Below, piece by piece: positions 1 through 13,900 of a DNA stretch of 64,000 bases (its first letter is position 1; every line of letters begins with the position of its first letter). Position numbers and translations under genes: made by a program. The notes below the pieces were generated by a model. The model saw only the letters and a program-made list of their open reading frames with translations, did not search any database and was not told the origin of the DNA. Where the stretch lies: contig NC_134026.1 of the NCBI RefSeq assembly GCF_964204645.1, positions 26,260,150 through 26,324,149 of the forward strand, read 5' to 3'. This DNA comes from Tubulanus polymorphus. Its lineage: Eukaryota; Animalia; Nemertea.

Positions 1-3000
1 GAATCTATTGTGTCTCTGATGGTCAGAAATGTGGATAACTTGATTAAAAAGATTCCAAGCTCGATTGTTGTCTATTTCCTGAAATACGAGTATGTTAACT
101 AATCTCAATACATAATAACCCAGAAATGAGAAGAGAGATGAATATTACTCAAATTTTTACCTTCATACAGTACTCCTTCACAAAGTTAAATGCATAATTC
201 CCATTCTTGTTCAAAATGAATGATATCAAACAGATAAATTCTGCTTCCTACAAATAGAAATAAAATCATTGCCATAAAGACCAACCTACAGTTGAATTTG
301 ATTCATTCATTTAGGACTTACCTTAGATTTACTTGAATCATCCATAAACTGAGGTACTGTTAAAGCTGTTATTGCTAGTTCTTCAAATTCCTGATATCTG
401 TCCAAATCACAAAGTGTATTACAGACCTGTGAATATGCACATTTGAATAAGTTATTGTCAGATATTGGATGGAAGCAGGTATTTGGAGCAAATGTTACAA
501 TTGTCAGTACCTTAAGATATAGTTCCCATACATCATCAAGTGGCAAGGCATTTGTCCCATCAAAACAGGGAGCTAGGATTTATCAAAGAAGCAACATTTA
601 AATAACCATCTTTCGATATTAAGAAATTGGTCAGTTTTGCTGATGTTTACCGTCTTTCAAAACTGAATGCACATCCGATCCCAGCATCTGCCTCAAAGCT
701 AGACTCCTATGTTTCTGAGTTCTATAACTTAACACAACTATAAAAGAGGAGCAATTCTGTCAAATTTATGGTATCTCTATCATAAGATCAATATTCTATG
801 AATGTTATGAATGATTACCCGCAATGTGCTGTGGATTGAGAATTTCTTTGAAATGGCTGAATAACATCTTCTTCGCCAGTTCAAGAAATTCGGAATATTT
901 TCCTTGAGAATGAAGTAACAGACAGCGCTGATGTAACAATCTGATATCTTGTCCAATAATTTCTTGCGGTTTTGAAATATCTGAAAGATGTGTAATTCAA
1001 GATGAAGTAAATTGTCTTTGATATGCAAAACCAAAGGATAGTAGATCCGGTGTATCAAATGGATCAATACCTTGCGTCAGTGCATTAAGAGCTTCCTCTG
1101 GTTTACCAAGTCTTTGTTGTATGGTGGATAATTGTACACGTGCGTTGAAATGAATTGGAGCCAGTTCAACTACATGTTTGAATGCTTCGGCAGCATTCTG
1201 TAGTTCACCCATCGCATTTAAACATTCACCATATGTGTTCCATACAGCAGCCTAGTCAAATAAACCAACACGTTATCAATGATTCTATGTTAGCTCCCCT
1301 TAGATCAAGAGTACGATAGATGGCGAATGTGTGCAACAGCAAATAACACAAAGTCTTACCAAGTTATATGTTTGTGAATTAACAAGAGTTGCCAGAATGG
1401 GTTTAGCTTCTTTAAATTGATCTTCTTCCATGTAGGCTTCAGATACATCCAAGAAAAGGTCACCATACTCTTCAGCACTCAATTCAAATAGCGGAGCAAC
1501 CAGAACCTGAAAAGAAATTATGCGCTATGTAGCACTTGAAAAGAGACGATAGAAGAGTACTAAACAGGTTCTAACGGAATGAGAATTGTTTACCTGGACT
1601 ATTTCATCCATTTTCAGATGTATCAAGCAAACAACGAGTTTAACTTGGAGATCAATCGGCATCATTTCAGGTACAATCACACTACAACGTAATACCGGGA
1701 AAAAAAATTCTCAAAATTTTTGATCCATAAAACATACAGATTATGTTGTCTCATTATCGAAATGCACCTTTTGATATTTTCTCGCAATTCCTTAGTTTCA
1801 AAAATATCCCTGGCAGTTTGTCCTTCGATTTCTTCATCTCTCAACAATTTCAATTTGATTCCACAATTTTGTACTATAACCTATCGTTATAAGCGATTAT
1901 TATGAAATGCATTAAATAAACAGTAAACAAGTAATATTGTAAGCATATTTTCTTCAGTTTCTTTACCTGAACTGGTTTAACATATTCTTTCTGAGACATA
2001 TGAAGCTCCACCAACAAATTAACATCTGAAAAAGTGGAAATTCATTTATAGATAGGAAAGAAAATTATTGATTGCAAAATATATGATGAATACTTACCCT
2101 CTGATGTAATACACGCAGGTCGCTCTTCAAACGCATTTTCTATGATTTGTATAGCTAGATCATTTTTATCTATTTCATGAGCGAGCTAATGAAGAAAATA
2201 ATACATTAAGCTGAATTATAAAGTTACAACATCATTGCTTATAAAAGATATATTCAAGTTTCATTCACCTTTGCGGTATCTCTAACTAATTGAATATAGC
2301 GATCTGCAGCATCGACGGGCAGCAACTTCAATATCTGAATATATCCATCGATCGCTTTATCTTTCTCGTCTAAATGACGATGCAAACTGCTGCGCTCAAA
2401 TATCAAGTCAATGTTACCAGGCTCAGCTTTTATCGCTAAATAATTCAGAACAATAAATACTCAATCTCCCTCTAGAATTTTCAATATGCCAGGGTAACTG
2501 TAATGCAAGGCTTCAACTCTACCTTTGCTCAGATAGGTAATGGCATCCTTCAATTTGTTAAAATCGACTGCCATTTCTGCTAATCTCATCCACTGTTCAG
2601 CATTGCTTGGCATCAAATGAGCCGCAATCAATAAGAACTACAAAGAAACAAAGATTATGGTAAGCCTTATGTTATGCCATTCTGAAAAGCTAAATAAGAT
2701 TTCGATCAGAACAAATTACCTGCATTGATTTTTCTGTATCGCCTATTTCGTCATACAGCATAGCTAATGTTTGGAAAGGTTCTGGTGCAGTAGGTGCTGA
2801 AACACAAACAGACACCCAGTAAAAACTACACCCATCATACCAGGAATGACACCAAAATTCAATAATAATCAACTTACCAAGTCTTACAACTTCCATGCAC
2901 ATTTTTATAGCCTCCATGTGTTGTCCTCTGGCATACATTAAATTGGCTTCACCCATGAGTCCCTGAAGATCTTTGGCGAGACGAGAATGCATCTTTTTTG

Positions 3001-3925
3001 GCTAAAAACATAAGAGAGGAAATATTTTAGTGAAGATTCAATTGTAAATATTCAGCTATAAAATCAATGATGGATTGACGTCAAAACATACACGTTTTTT
3101 GCGTTTTTTCACTGGAGGTTCTTCTTGCTTTACTACAGCTTCATTCTGTCCTAGAATTGCAGAAAATAACGATGTCAAATCAGATATGAAAGAGAAATTG
3201 ACTTGTCGTAATAACATATCGCTCATTCAACGTACCACTAGTTGAAGGTTTAGGTTCCTCTTCTTGTTCCATTTCAACTTCCTCATTATCTTCAGCCTCC
3301 TCCATTTCAATAGTTTGGTCAGCATCTTCTCTTTTGTTAAACATGGAATGTTCTTTCATAAACTGTTCAAATGAAATGATGCCTGCAAGCAAGAGATACA
3401 TTATTACCTTTATATGAATTACGTACATAATTCAATGAGATGAAGTTCATTTTTGATATTGATTCTTTGCTTACCATGGATGTACTTAATTGTCAATTCA
3501 TCATTGGGGTCAATTGGTTGAACCTCTAACTCTGATGATGTAGCCGGTTCAGCAGGGTTTTCAACGACAATATGAACTGTTTGTATACCCTGTTCATCAT
3601 CAACATATGTACTCTCCAGAAGCTCCGTGGTCTGAAAAAAAGTCATTAAAATCATTATTGAACAATTATACTAGGGTACTGGCTTGAAATGAAGGAACCA
3701 TCATGAACAAGAAGGTGCTGCCACCTAGCGTATAGTAGAATACCTCAATTCTAGCATGATTATCAGAACTTGTATAATAATTAAACGCAATAGAAATGTC
3801 AGAATAGCAACTGAAAATGATCTAAGACTGATAATTACCAGATTTTTCATCTGTTGAAGCTGCTGTATTTGTTCAGCAGTTAGATTTCCATCGAGACATT
3901 GAAAAACTATTTCTTGCGCGTCCAT
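1..3925 (-). CDS. GTF3C3: General transcription factor IIIC subunit 3 (TFIIIC102, TPR protein); multi-exon, 3' part runs off the window start
   Basis: Exons encode LQGLMGEANLMYARG, PEPFQTLAMLYDEIG and EEYGDLFLDVSEAYM, followed by TPR repeats (AAEAFKHVVELAPIHFNARVQLSTIQQRLGKPEEAL), as recalled for GTF3C3. ATG at 3925 (MDAQEIVF); the intron boundaries checked are GT-AG. Confidence 0.93.
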
Positions 3926-4240
3926 TTTGAAAAGTGTAGCTCGATTTTTCAAATTGCAGAATATTTTCATTTCCTGTGCAATAACTAGGTGTATCTTATC
4001 CATCAAAATAATATTGAAATTTAAGAAAATATTTGAGTTTTTAAAACTATACATGTATTCCTTAAGTTAATGCATAATTTTTAGTTACAGCAATAACAAA
4101 CTGTTAACAACTGATGCAACATTAATTCCACCATTTGCCTGCACTTCCGTGTTTTTGCGATGAATCGAAATGTTCTAAATTTGTAAAACAGTGAAAGCTC
4201 TAGAATATTACTTAATTCAGATTGCTGGTCATTCTAGTAA
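3926..4240. promoter_or_regulatory. Probable bidirectional promoter GTF3C3/PHETA
   Basis: Head-to-head genes. ETS-like ACTTCCG at ~4143. A + strand donor GTAAGT at ~4237 pairs with an acceptor TTTAG at ~4789, just before the PHETA ATG. Confidence 0.5.
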
Positions 4241-4374
4241 GTTTATGTATTCGTTGTTGTTTCTGCTGTCAATGAGTTGAAAATTTGTGAATCAATACTA
4301 AACAATCTTTTATTGATTAAGAAACCACCCCTCGGCCCTCCCCCACATATGCCTGCCTATGGCCATGCTCAATT

Positions 4375-4637
4375 TATTCTCGCTTGCCAGGGTTTGATAT
4401 TCTCCCGCCGAATCGAAGAACACAAACCCTGGCCACAGACCTGTCATTGGTGTATAGTACATCGCCCAAGATCCAATGAAACTGTCTAGATTCTTGGCTA
4501 GATATAATATAGAACCTGTCTGCCAAGAAATACTGTACTGGGCGGTGTACTGTGGTAAAAGACCAATGAAGGGTCTGCCGCCAGGGTTTGTTTTGGCGTA
4601 ACCTTCGGCAATCGTTACACCCTGGCAAGCGAGGGTG
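4375..4637. mobile_element. Foldback MITE with 9-bp TSD in the 5'UTR intron of PHETA
   Basis: Arms CTCGCTTGCCAGGG / CCCTGGCAAGCGAG plus nested internal inverted segments. Flanked by TGCTCAATT (4366-4374) and TGCTCAATC (4638-4646). Confidence 0.75.
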
Positions 4638-4796
4638 TGCTCAATCAAACAATATAAACTTTATTTAACCAACGCTCAACTTTAATACCTAATCGTTGGT
4701 GGTAAGCTTTTATAATCGGATATGGGTAGGACCTGGAACAGAAGTTGCAGCTACTGAATTGCAACTTTGATTTTTAATTTCCAATTTAGGACAAGT

Positions 4797-5600
4797 ATGA
4801 AAATAAATGAAAAGAACGTCATCAGTTTTGCTGTATGCAATTCGCCTATCGATAAAGAAGGTTTCCTGTTGAAGAAGGGCGAGGTGAATAAAGGATTTCA
4901 AAAACGTTGGTTTGTGCTAAAAGGGAATTTACTGTTTTATTTTGAGAAACCCGGTGATAAGGAACCTATTGGAGTTATAATATTAGAGGGTTGTACAGTT
5001 GAGCTATCTGAACGTGAATACGACGCGTATAGTTTTTCGATAGTTTATCCCGGACCCGGATGTAGAAGTTATATTCTGGCCGCGGAAACACAAGAAGAGA
5101 TGGAGGCTTGGATGAAAGCAATAACGTGTGCTGGATACGAGTATATGAAACTGATGGTATCGGAATTACAAAGACAGCTCGATGAACATAATAAAATGAC
5201 CACTTTATCCGGAATTAAGAATAACGATATCGGGAAAAATGTCACGGAATTAGGAACTTTAATGTTGGATACTCCAGTGCCTTCGGTTTCGAATGAACCA
5301 AAACCGACATCTTCGCAACGGTTTAATCCATTCAATAACCTTGACATTACGGTTGATGAGGAAGAGAACTATAACCCTTTACCGGCTAATCAGTTACCCT
5401 CGCCATCCTCTCCACCCATAACACCAGAGCTTATGATGGGTGTTTCAAACTTTGGCAATTCTAGTTTTTTCAGCGAGGTTTCTATTCCCCCGTTACCAAC
5501 GGTTACAACTTCACGATCGTTTGAAGAAATGCATGAATTGTTTGGGCAGCAAATTCATTCACTCAGGCAGAGTATGATGCTAGATAGTTCCGAAGCGTAA
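4797..5600 (+). CDS. PHETA1: Sesquipedalian / PH domain-containing endocytic trafficking adaptor (FAM109); single coding exon
   Basis: Begins MKINEK, then a PH domain (KEGFLLKKGEVNKGFQKRWFVLKGNLLFYF), a coiled coil, and a C-terminal F&H motif FEEMHELFGQQI (OCRL-binding). Confidence 0.92.
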   Translation: MKINEKNVISFAVCNSPIDKEGFLLKKGEVNKGFQKRWFVLKGNLLFYFEKPGDKEPIGVIILEGCTVELSEREYDAYSFSIVYPGPGCRSYILAAETQEEMEAWMKAITCAGYEYMKLMVSELQRQLDEHNKMTTLSGIKNNDIGKNVTELGTLMLDTPVPSVSNEPKPTSSQRFNPFNNLDITVDEEENYNPLPANQLPSPSSPPITPELMMGVSNFGNSSFFSEVSIPPLPTVTTSRSFEEMHELFGQQIHSLRQSMMLDSSEA

Positions 5601-6868
5601 ACATGTTTAGAATCTTTGATTTAATCGACTGCTGATATTCATATGAATTGCTTTTGAGTGTCTATATAGTGACTGTGATACATGTTATATACCTGGCATG
5701 AGATTTTAATCTATTTTATTACTAATGTGTCCACAGCATTTTCATTAATTCGAATGTATGTGTCTGGATTTTGATGAACTTGAAACCTATCTATGTACAT
5801 TTATCTAAGATTTATTTTAGCTAATGCTTAAACTTGTTGTTATCAATTAACTTGTTCAATTAATGAACATTTGTCTTGCCTAGTGTAAATGGCTAATGAT
5901 GAGATTGCCTGACAATTCAGCTTTTCAGAGCCAGTATGTTCCACAGTGTGAGAGTGATTTACTCTTCATCATGATTTATTATGAAATGCAAAATTTACTA
6001 TAAATGTTCCATGCCATGCATGCTCGAGTCTGCAGTCTTTTATCTTTGAATTTATTGTATGAAGACAATTTAACTGTTGTAATTTCAACCAAATAAAAGT
6101 TCATGTATGATTACATCCTTTTTTGTTAAACAATTATTTATGGGCATTGTTCCTATACAATTGGAATAGTTTCCCTGTCGGTAGGCTACTGCATCCTAAA
6201 CTAAATTTTGCGTATTTCTTATCGTCTACATTTGTATCTTCGACGTACAACGGCTGGTTGGTGTATGTTTCATATTGCTGCAATAAAGTATGATTGAATT
6301 GAATTTCGTCCGAGTCCGAGCCCGGAATAAATGAAAAATCGAAAAACCACAGTAATTTATAGATGGCGCCACGATGTACGTGTACATTTGAGGTTTTTGA
6401 ATCAAATAAAACAACTAACATCGACGGTACCACAAATTGAATGAATAATTTCGACCTGATTGATTGAAGGATTCGTCCTGCTACTTGACATACAAGTGAG
6501 TTATTTACTATAGTTGTGGCTCTTTTTATACGTGTACTAGGCCGTAGGTAGTGAAATAAACTCGTTCTGTAAAACGGGTAGTCTGTGTGAATTTTCTGTT
6601 TTAATATTTGAAAAATAGCAAAAACATCTCACAGGAGCTTGTGTCAGAGTTGTAGGTGCTGTTAAAACGATAATCTGTTAATTCTGTGTCTATGTAAAAT
6701 CTCCGAGAACATTCATCATCCTCATGCCTGTAATGAATGAATAATGACATTCATCACACTCACTCTCAGACAGAAAGGATATTTATTGGCTTGCTATAGA
6801 TAGGACTGTGGTGGGCTGCCACTTTATTACTTTTGTTTATTTTTCAGATGTATTGAGTATTATCAAGA

Positions 6869-8253
6869 ATGGATCCAACCACTGGCACTACTGGAGCTCA
6901 CATATGGAATCATTTCAGCAACACTGATGTTCTTGCTTCTGCTGGCACAAATCAACCTTATGCTGCTGGATATCAACCAGGTTCACTGAATGAGATGGTA
7001 GCCAATTTAACGCGTCCAAATATGCCATGGAATGAACCTCCACTGCAAAATTCATTCTTTTCTTCATCAAATGCTGCAATGAATTTGAATGGTTATACTC
7101 ATAATAGAACTATTCCTGTCACAGCTAGTGGTTCAGGAAATAGCCCAGGACTAGCCTGGAAAAAACGGAAAAAGAAAACAGATTCTATTTGGTAAACATA
7201 CATGCCAAGATTCAATATTCGTGGATATTATAACAATTTACAGGAATTTATATTTGTCCATTTTTTGTAGTTCAATGCCACGGAAAATGTTTATTAGTGA
7301 AGAGAAAATGGCTGAATGTATGAAGAATTTGTATATCGATGATAGGTTTAAGAAGCGTGCTGCCTGGTATTGTACATCACAAGAGGAAGCGATGAAAATT
7401 ATCCAAGAAATTGATAGTCGGTGCGTATCATATGCTCACACCTCTTCTCACTGTATTTTGGATTCACTCCAGCAGCTGTAGTAGTGAATGAAGATATTGA
7501 ATGATTCCAACCTTTTCGATTCTTGAAGAAATTGTCGTGCTGCTTTACATACCTATGGATCAAATTCTTTTTTATTCTTTTAAGTAGTAGTCTGTGCAGT
7601 TTCTGTTTATTTCAATTAGCTAAAACATTCATCATCATGTTTGTAATAATAGTAAGAATAAGGCCATTCATCATGAGATGTTAGGCCTATTACTTACTGT
7701 CAATCTATGAATTTTGTTTGAAGGTTTGTATATGAATTTTGTTTTAAGTTTATCCTTGGAAGATGAAGAAATAGAAGAAAAAATGGAGAATGAACAGGGT
7801 AGATTGGAAATCTGTGAAGCGTTAAGAGAACAAATGGTTAGCTGGCCTAAAGTAATGAACGAAAGGTATGATTTATTCTTACCGTTTTAGGTTATAATTA
7901 ATCATCTAATTTTTTGTCCATGTATTTTGAAATGGTATATTTCAATTCAGTAAACCATGTATGGAAGTAGTTCTTTGGAAATGTCCTTCATCAGTATTAA
8001 AGAACTTAGAAAACACTCCAAAACCACAGTCAGCCCCTAATATAGTTTGTGCACCTGTAGAGCCAGTTCATGTAGATTTCAAGCCGTAAGTGTCCATTGT
8101 TTTCGGTCATTCATCATAACCCATGGGGTGAAATATTTACTGTTGATATGTTTTTTTAGATTAAGTGTGCCGAGACCAGTGAATTCATCAGCAGAAATTG
8201 AACTATCATGGAACGAAGAAGATGAAGATAATGACAACAAAATGGATTTATGA
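6869..8253 (+). CDS. CCDC117: CCDC117-like protein; 5 coding exons (6869-7191, 7271-7420, 7749-7865, 7951-8085, 8160-8253)
   Basis: Hand-spliced exons stay in frame. Motifs KKRKKK...KMFISEEKMAECM and SKPCMEVVLWK, the latter resembling the recalled CCDC117 RPSMELVLWKP. Confidence 0.7.
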
Positions 8254-10990
8254 CAAATGTCTGGTTGAACTACTTGAAGAATTTATTGTATATAGAAGCT
8301 ATGATTATTTGGAATCTCTTGATGTGCGAGTGTTGTCCTCACAGCTGTCAAACTGGGTTTATCATAAATCAATGAACACTTTATTTCTGGCAATTGTAAT
8401 GGATTCCTGTGAACTGTTTACAGGCAACCTTGTTAGATTCAGTTGTTGTAATTCTAGTCTCTGTGAGAATTTTTACCGTATCGATTTTTAAGAAAAATAA
8501 AACGTTTAATCCATAGATATCATGTTCTACTTTTAAGTCTAGGATAGTTTGATCCTTCAGGGAAGAGGAAAAGGTCTGCATCTTTACTTAGATTAGATCT
8601 CGGATCCTTAAACATTTATTGGCATAATCATTTTATAAAATTAATTGATAGCCAGTTGAATACTTTCAATGCTAAGAATTTTCTTCGAATCCGACCCACA
8701 AATCGATAAATACTTTGTCCACTATGGCCATTCAAGGCCTTTGGCAAGTGAGTATTATCTTAGTTCTCGAGATGGTTATTTTTACTGCGCTGAGTAAATG
8801 GTTTCAATCGTCAATTCTTTAATCCAGCAAACCATTGAAGGTACGCTGAAATCAGTTTTGACTTAAACATAATACATTTTCAAATGCAGCTTAAAAAATT
8901 TCAATGAAAATGAATGTTTTAGAGCATTTGAAGAAAAGTACCAGTAACTTAAGTTTTCATTTGGTATTTTTATTGAATAAGGAGATAATTGCAACATTTG
9001 GTATCCAAATACCCACATATAATCTTTCCAACATTCACAAAGCCAGATTATATATATATATACTTATATATTCAATAATATTAATAATAATCAATAATAT
9101 GTACACAATGTACAAGCAAAAATCATAAACCTAACTAGATATTTATATTAGTACATACTTATTATCATCATACACATTCTTAAACTTGCATGGATGAGAA
9201 ATCATAATTTGTACACTTTTTGCAGCAAAGCAGTTTTTGAATGAGCCAACAATGTCCATGGTAGCCCGTCATGTGGACTAACTTTGCACAAAATCTCTTC
9301 AACAGGAGTGTCATAATTTTAGAAAAAAGATTGATAACAACAACAAATTACATACATACACATACAAACACTTCATAGAAAATTAACAGCAACGTGGTGA
9401 TCTAAAAGAGGAAAATGTCCCAACTATTCCTGGGATAAGAGAAATTGATCTTCGTTAGCTTTTAACCAGACACATTGTGTGGACACAGATCAGATTACCA
9501 TGGACTCTTTTTTAGAGTCCATGATATAACTGATGAGAAAGCTATAAGTCGTATCTATTAGTGTTTCATCGGTGTGTTCATCTAAAATTCATAAGTGTGC
9601 ATCAATATACATACATACATCTATACGCTGTGATGGAAAAAAACTCACACCAATCCTTATTTATCAATAAGTATCTAAAAATCCAGGGAAAGAGTAGATG
9701 AATCATAGCCAATATTTGTAATATATTAATAGCTGAAATGACAAGAGACATTATTCCTTCATACGCAAGCACATCTGTAGTTATTTTTAGGTATGTGCAC
9801 ATTGTGGCTAATCACAATATGACAAGGCATCAGCACCTAACACTTTAGAGGCGATGAATGGATCATTATTGTCGCTTCATTATTGCGATATGATGTTAGT
9901 TGTCAGTATTTTATGTTCAAAGTCACTTACAGCAATCAAAAAACAATATGGTGATAAATTCTAGTACATCGACAATTCAGAAACTTACAATTTTAAAATT
10001 GTTACAATTTTAAAATTGTTGCACAGTACAGCTCTCTTGTTTTCGTTGAAGATAACATACTACAACGCACCCCATTTAATTTTACCTACATTAACATCCA
10101 TCAATCATTTATTTACAATTTCAAACATACAGAAATATATCACAATATTAATCATCAGACAACATACTTCAGCCCATTGCCTTGAGAAATCTAATTCCCC
10201 TCTGTGGTCGGACATGAAAGATAAAATAAGTTAGCTGATAAAAATATCAAACCTATCATCAATTCAAATTATTTGATACATGCTGCTTTTTGTTCTCCAG
10301 AGTAAAATATAGATTTTGTACTATACCTTGATACCTTATCATATCTATATAATTCCTGATCCTATCTTGATACAAAGAATACCTCTCAGAAATGTGCCTT
10401 TTTAAATTTATCTATCAGCAGAAAAGGAATTAAGCAGCCGAAATGTTTGTCCACATAAAATGGAAATGTTCTAAATAAGGAATACTTACTCATCTGTGTG
10501 ACATGAAACACAATTCATTGAATATGGATTACCCCCTATTATTTGAATGTTTTTTATTCATTTAAGAAGAGAATTCCTGATCGGACCCTGTGACATTTTA
10601 TATGACTATAACATTTTCTTGGGACTATAGAAGTAAAACATTAAAATAACATGCATAACAAATGAGGATGCTAGCACTCAAACAAGGAATTGTGAACAAG
10701 ATTTCTTTGATTTTCATCAATTACTGGAACAAATTCATGAGTTGAATTTCAAAGAGACCCATACAGCCATACAATATATTGTGTATGTACAGCGTACTCT
10801 GATCACAGAAAGAGATCAAGTGCAGTAATACTCAAAAGTGTAAATTTCTATAGCTCATACTGTTATACATAAGATGACCGACTGGTTAAATGAATCGGCT
10901 TCAATAAAGCAAACAGCACACTGTTCTCACTACAGTGTCTGCAGTAACTTCACCAGCAGCTTTGTTTTATGCTTTTACAATGTAAGAATT

Positions 10991-13900
10991 CTAGAAAATA
11001 TCTGGACAGTCCGCCCAATCTTGCCTAGCTTTGCAATCCCAATATTTCTTGTTAAATGAATGGATTGGGTTCCCAGTGATCGTATCGGTTTCTAATGTGA
11101 ACCACATGGGTTTATATGGTTCGATATATTTGCCTGCAAACAAATAAAGAAGAAAAGTTCATCACAGGAAAACCATTTTCATTCAGAAAATTTATTTCAC
11201 AAACTGTACATACCCTCTGCAGCAGCTTTCTCAGTCTCAGATTCTCGTTTCCTTCTAACAGCTCGTTGTTTCTCTTCTAATCGCATTTTCTCTTTGTTTG
11301 CCTCGTCCCATTTTCCATCCTCCATAAATCGTTGATCAGGTCGCAATCGACAATCAGTCGGTGCTACACCATCCTCTAACTCATTTAACTCAATAGCCAT
11401 TGTGGTAAAGTAGTACATTTTCTCATTACCAGGTCTGCAAGTAAGTGATATTAAATTGCTTTTTATATTCAAGTTGGTTCTTAAATCGAAAAGTATTTGA
11501 ATTACAGATTGAATACTAACGGAGGCATTCTTCGTTTCCATAATATCTTCGATGGTCCAGTGGCTTCAAATACTGGCTTGCCTTTACTCGAATCGGAACT
11601 CTGAATCACAGGAGCTCCTTCAATCTTGTCATCCCACGTTCCATTCACATACCACTTGGCTTCACCTTCGGCATTTGTTATCACACCAGTTACCTACAAA
11701 TGAAATCAAAGATATAAATGAATGAATGATAACTTTTCATTTCAATTTTCAAATCTTTACTGAACATACCTTTCTGGGAGGCTCCCTAGAGAAATAACTA
11801 TAGGCCGAATATTTCAAGTGGCAGATATCACCATTCTTATGATTATGAATGTCCATTTCACCGTGATGATCAACCCACAAACGACCAACGATGATGTTAT
11901 GCACCGTTGATGTTACTTTACGCCACGTATAATGATTACCGGACTTCTTGAAGACTAGATGAGCAATACCTGAGATATACATAAGAGAAAACATGACACA
12001 TTTCAACCTAATATTCGACTAAAAAGCAATTCAAGTCAATTCTGGTAGGATACATACCCAGTGGAATAATTTGAAGATATTTCCCCCTAAATTTACTTGA
12101 CATAGTAAATTCTTGCCACAACATCCAACCTCGACCTTCTGTATACTGAGCAGCAGTTGGTGGATGGTGGCTTACCTGCAAAACACATCAAACCTCAATA
12201 TACCATGAAAAGTACACCAGAGCTTTATCTGAGAAAACACTTAGTTTCAATTGCTTGGTTCATAAAATGAAATGATCACCTGTTCTGCTACGGCTCTCCA
12301 ACCCATATCATCAGTCCTATCACATTCATATGTTTCACCGAGTAAAGGATTAAATGGTTTACTAGTCCTGTGCGTTGTTGTGGAGTATGAAGATACCGTG
12401 AATGCTGCTACATATGCAGCCTGTTCACAGGCATCTTCGCATAATGCTGCTTTATCCAAGCATTCAGAATATTCGAAATCTTCTGTCAATCTTTGGAGCA
12501 TAGATAAAGGCTCACTGAAATTTACCTGAAGATAGATTGAATATATTTTGATTCTATTCGAACATAATCAACACGACCTCGAAAACTATATTGGGAATAC
12601 ATACAGGCATAGGTATTTTTGAGAGATCTCTACCAATACAGTTCTTCATTATTCCCCAAAGATTAATACTAAAGCTTGGCTTCTCCATGATAACAGCCCT
12701 TCTTTTACGTTTCACTGTATTTCCGAATTTACTGATAGATCCAGGAGTGCCAGGCATTTCCCCACTTTTGAATGAGCGTGTACTATCTTGGCTAGGAGTC
12801 TTCCGATGGCGACTCTGTCAATAAAATAAAAAAGAAAATTGTTTACCTTTGTATTGTACAATAATGTTATTGTATACTATTATAGCAATCCTGGATAATT
12901 CACCTTAAGTTTTTTGTCTTTACGTTGGATAACTTTTGCCGTGGGACCAGGCTCATCCATATCTGAACTAGTATCGGTGTCCATGTCACTGTGTACCTCC
13001 ATATCAGCTCGCCTACAATAAGCAAATTTGGAATATCAGATCCAACAGAACTATCAATGAATCTATCCTTACTACGGATTGATAGTTTTTCTAAAGAAAT
13101 AATGAACTAACCCTTCGACGGGCAATGCAACTTTGAATATTTCAGCTCCATCCTCATTTTGTTCTGGTGCATCATAGAACTCATCTTCATCATCATCCGA
13201 CAATGGTGGTCCACCTTTTAACACAAAGCATAAACTATACATATTCCAAAACCTTGTCTCAAAATCTAATAATACAGACACATACTTCCTACTCCGTTAC
13301 ATGAAAATACAGGCATTGTTTGAGTTTGTTGAGATTCAATAGTTCAATAAAAAAATGTATAGCCAGATTTGGTTTGTCAATCTTATACAATTGTAATTCC
13401 AATGAAATATGACACATGTAATAGACGTGTCCTCGACATTTACAATCATCATGTATCATGCGTAATAAAGATAATTGCTCTAAAAACTAGAAATTGACCT
13501 TAATCAATATTTATTGATCGAGACATAAGACATTTGGATGCGTGTATCATTACCTACCATCAGATTCAACTTTATTAAGATTGACAGCAGCCAGAGATTT
13601 TCTTGCCCTCTTTTCTAATGAACTGTGCTGTCTGGCGATCTCTTCGACCATTTCTTCCAAGCGCAAACGCTGGTCATGTTCATGTTGTAGCATTCGTTGC
13701 CAGCGTTTTCCTTGTGCTTGAGCAAGGTCCAAATAGTCAGCACAAGCCTGCAATGATTACAAATAAGAAGTGTTATTATACATAATAATGACTGGTGATT
13801 AGCTTAGAATAAGTAAGCCTCTTAAATGTTGATTCTATTTTCAGAAATATTATCACGCTGAATAAATTAACTTGAATATAGATGAACATATATCCAAATT

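Noticed and set aside
4310-4648. 112-aa minus-strand ORF with protein-like composition
   Set aside because: It coincides with a palindromic MITE bounded by a TSD, has a non-ATG start and matches no family I recognise.
6134-6433. 99-aa minus-strand ORF
   Set aside because: It has a non-ATG start, lies in the CpG/YY1-containing promoter of the CCDC117-like gene and has no recognisable motif.
9987-10019. Tandem pair of the 16-bp palindrome ACAATTTTAAAATTGT
   Set aside because: An AT-rich local duplication in the OSBP 3'UTR with no evidence of function.
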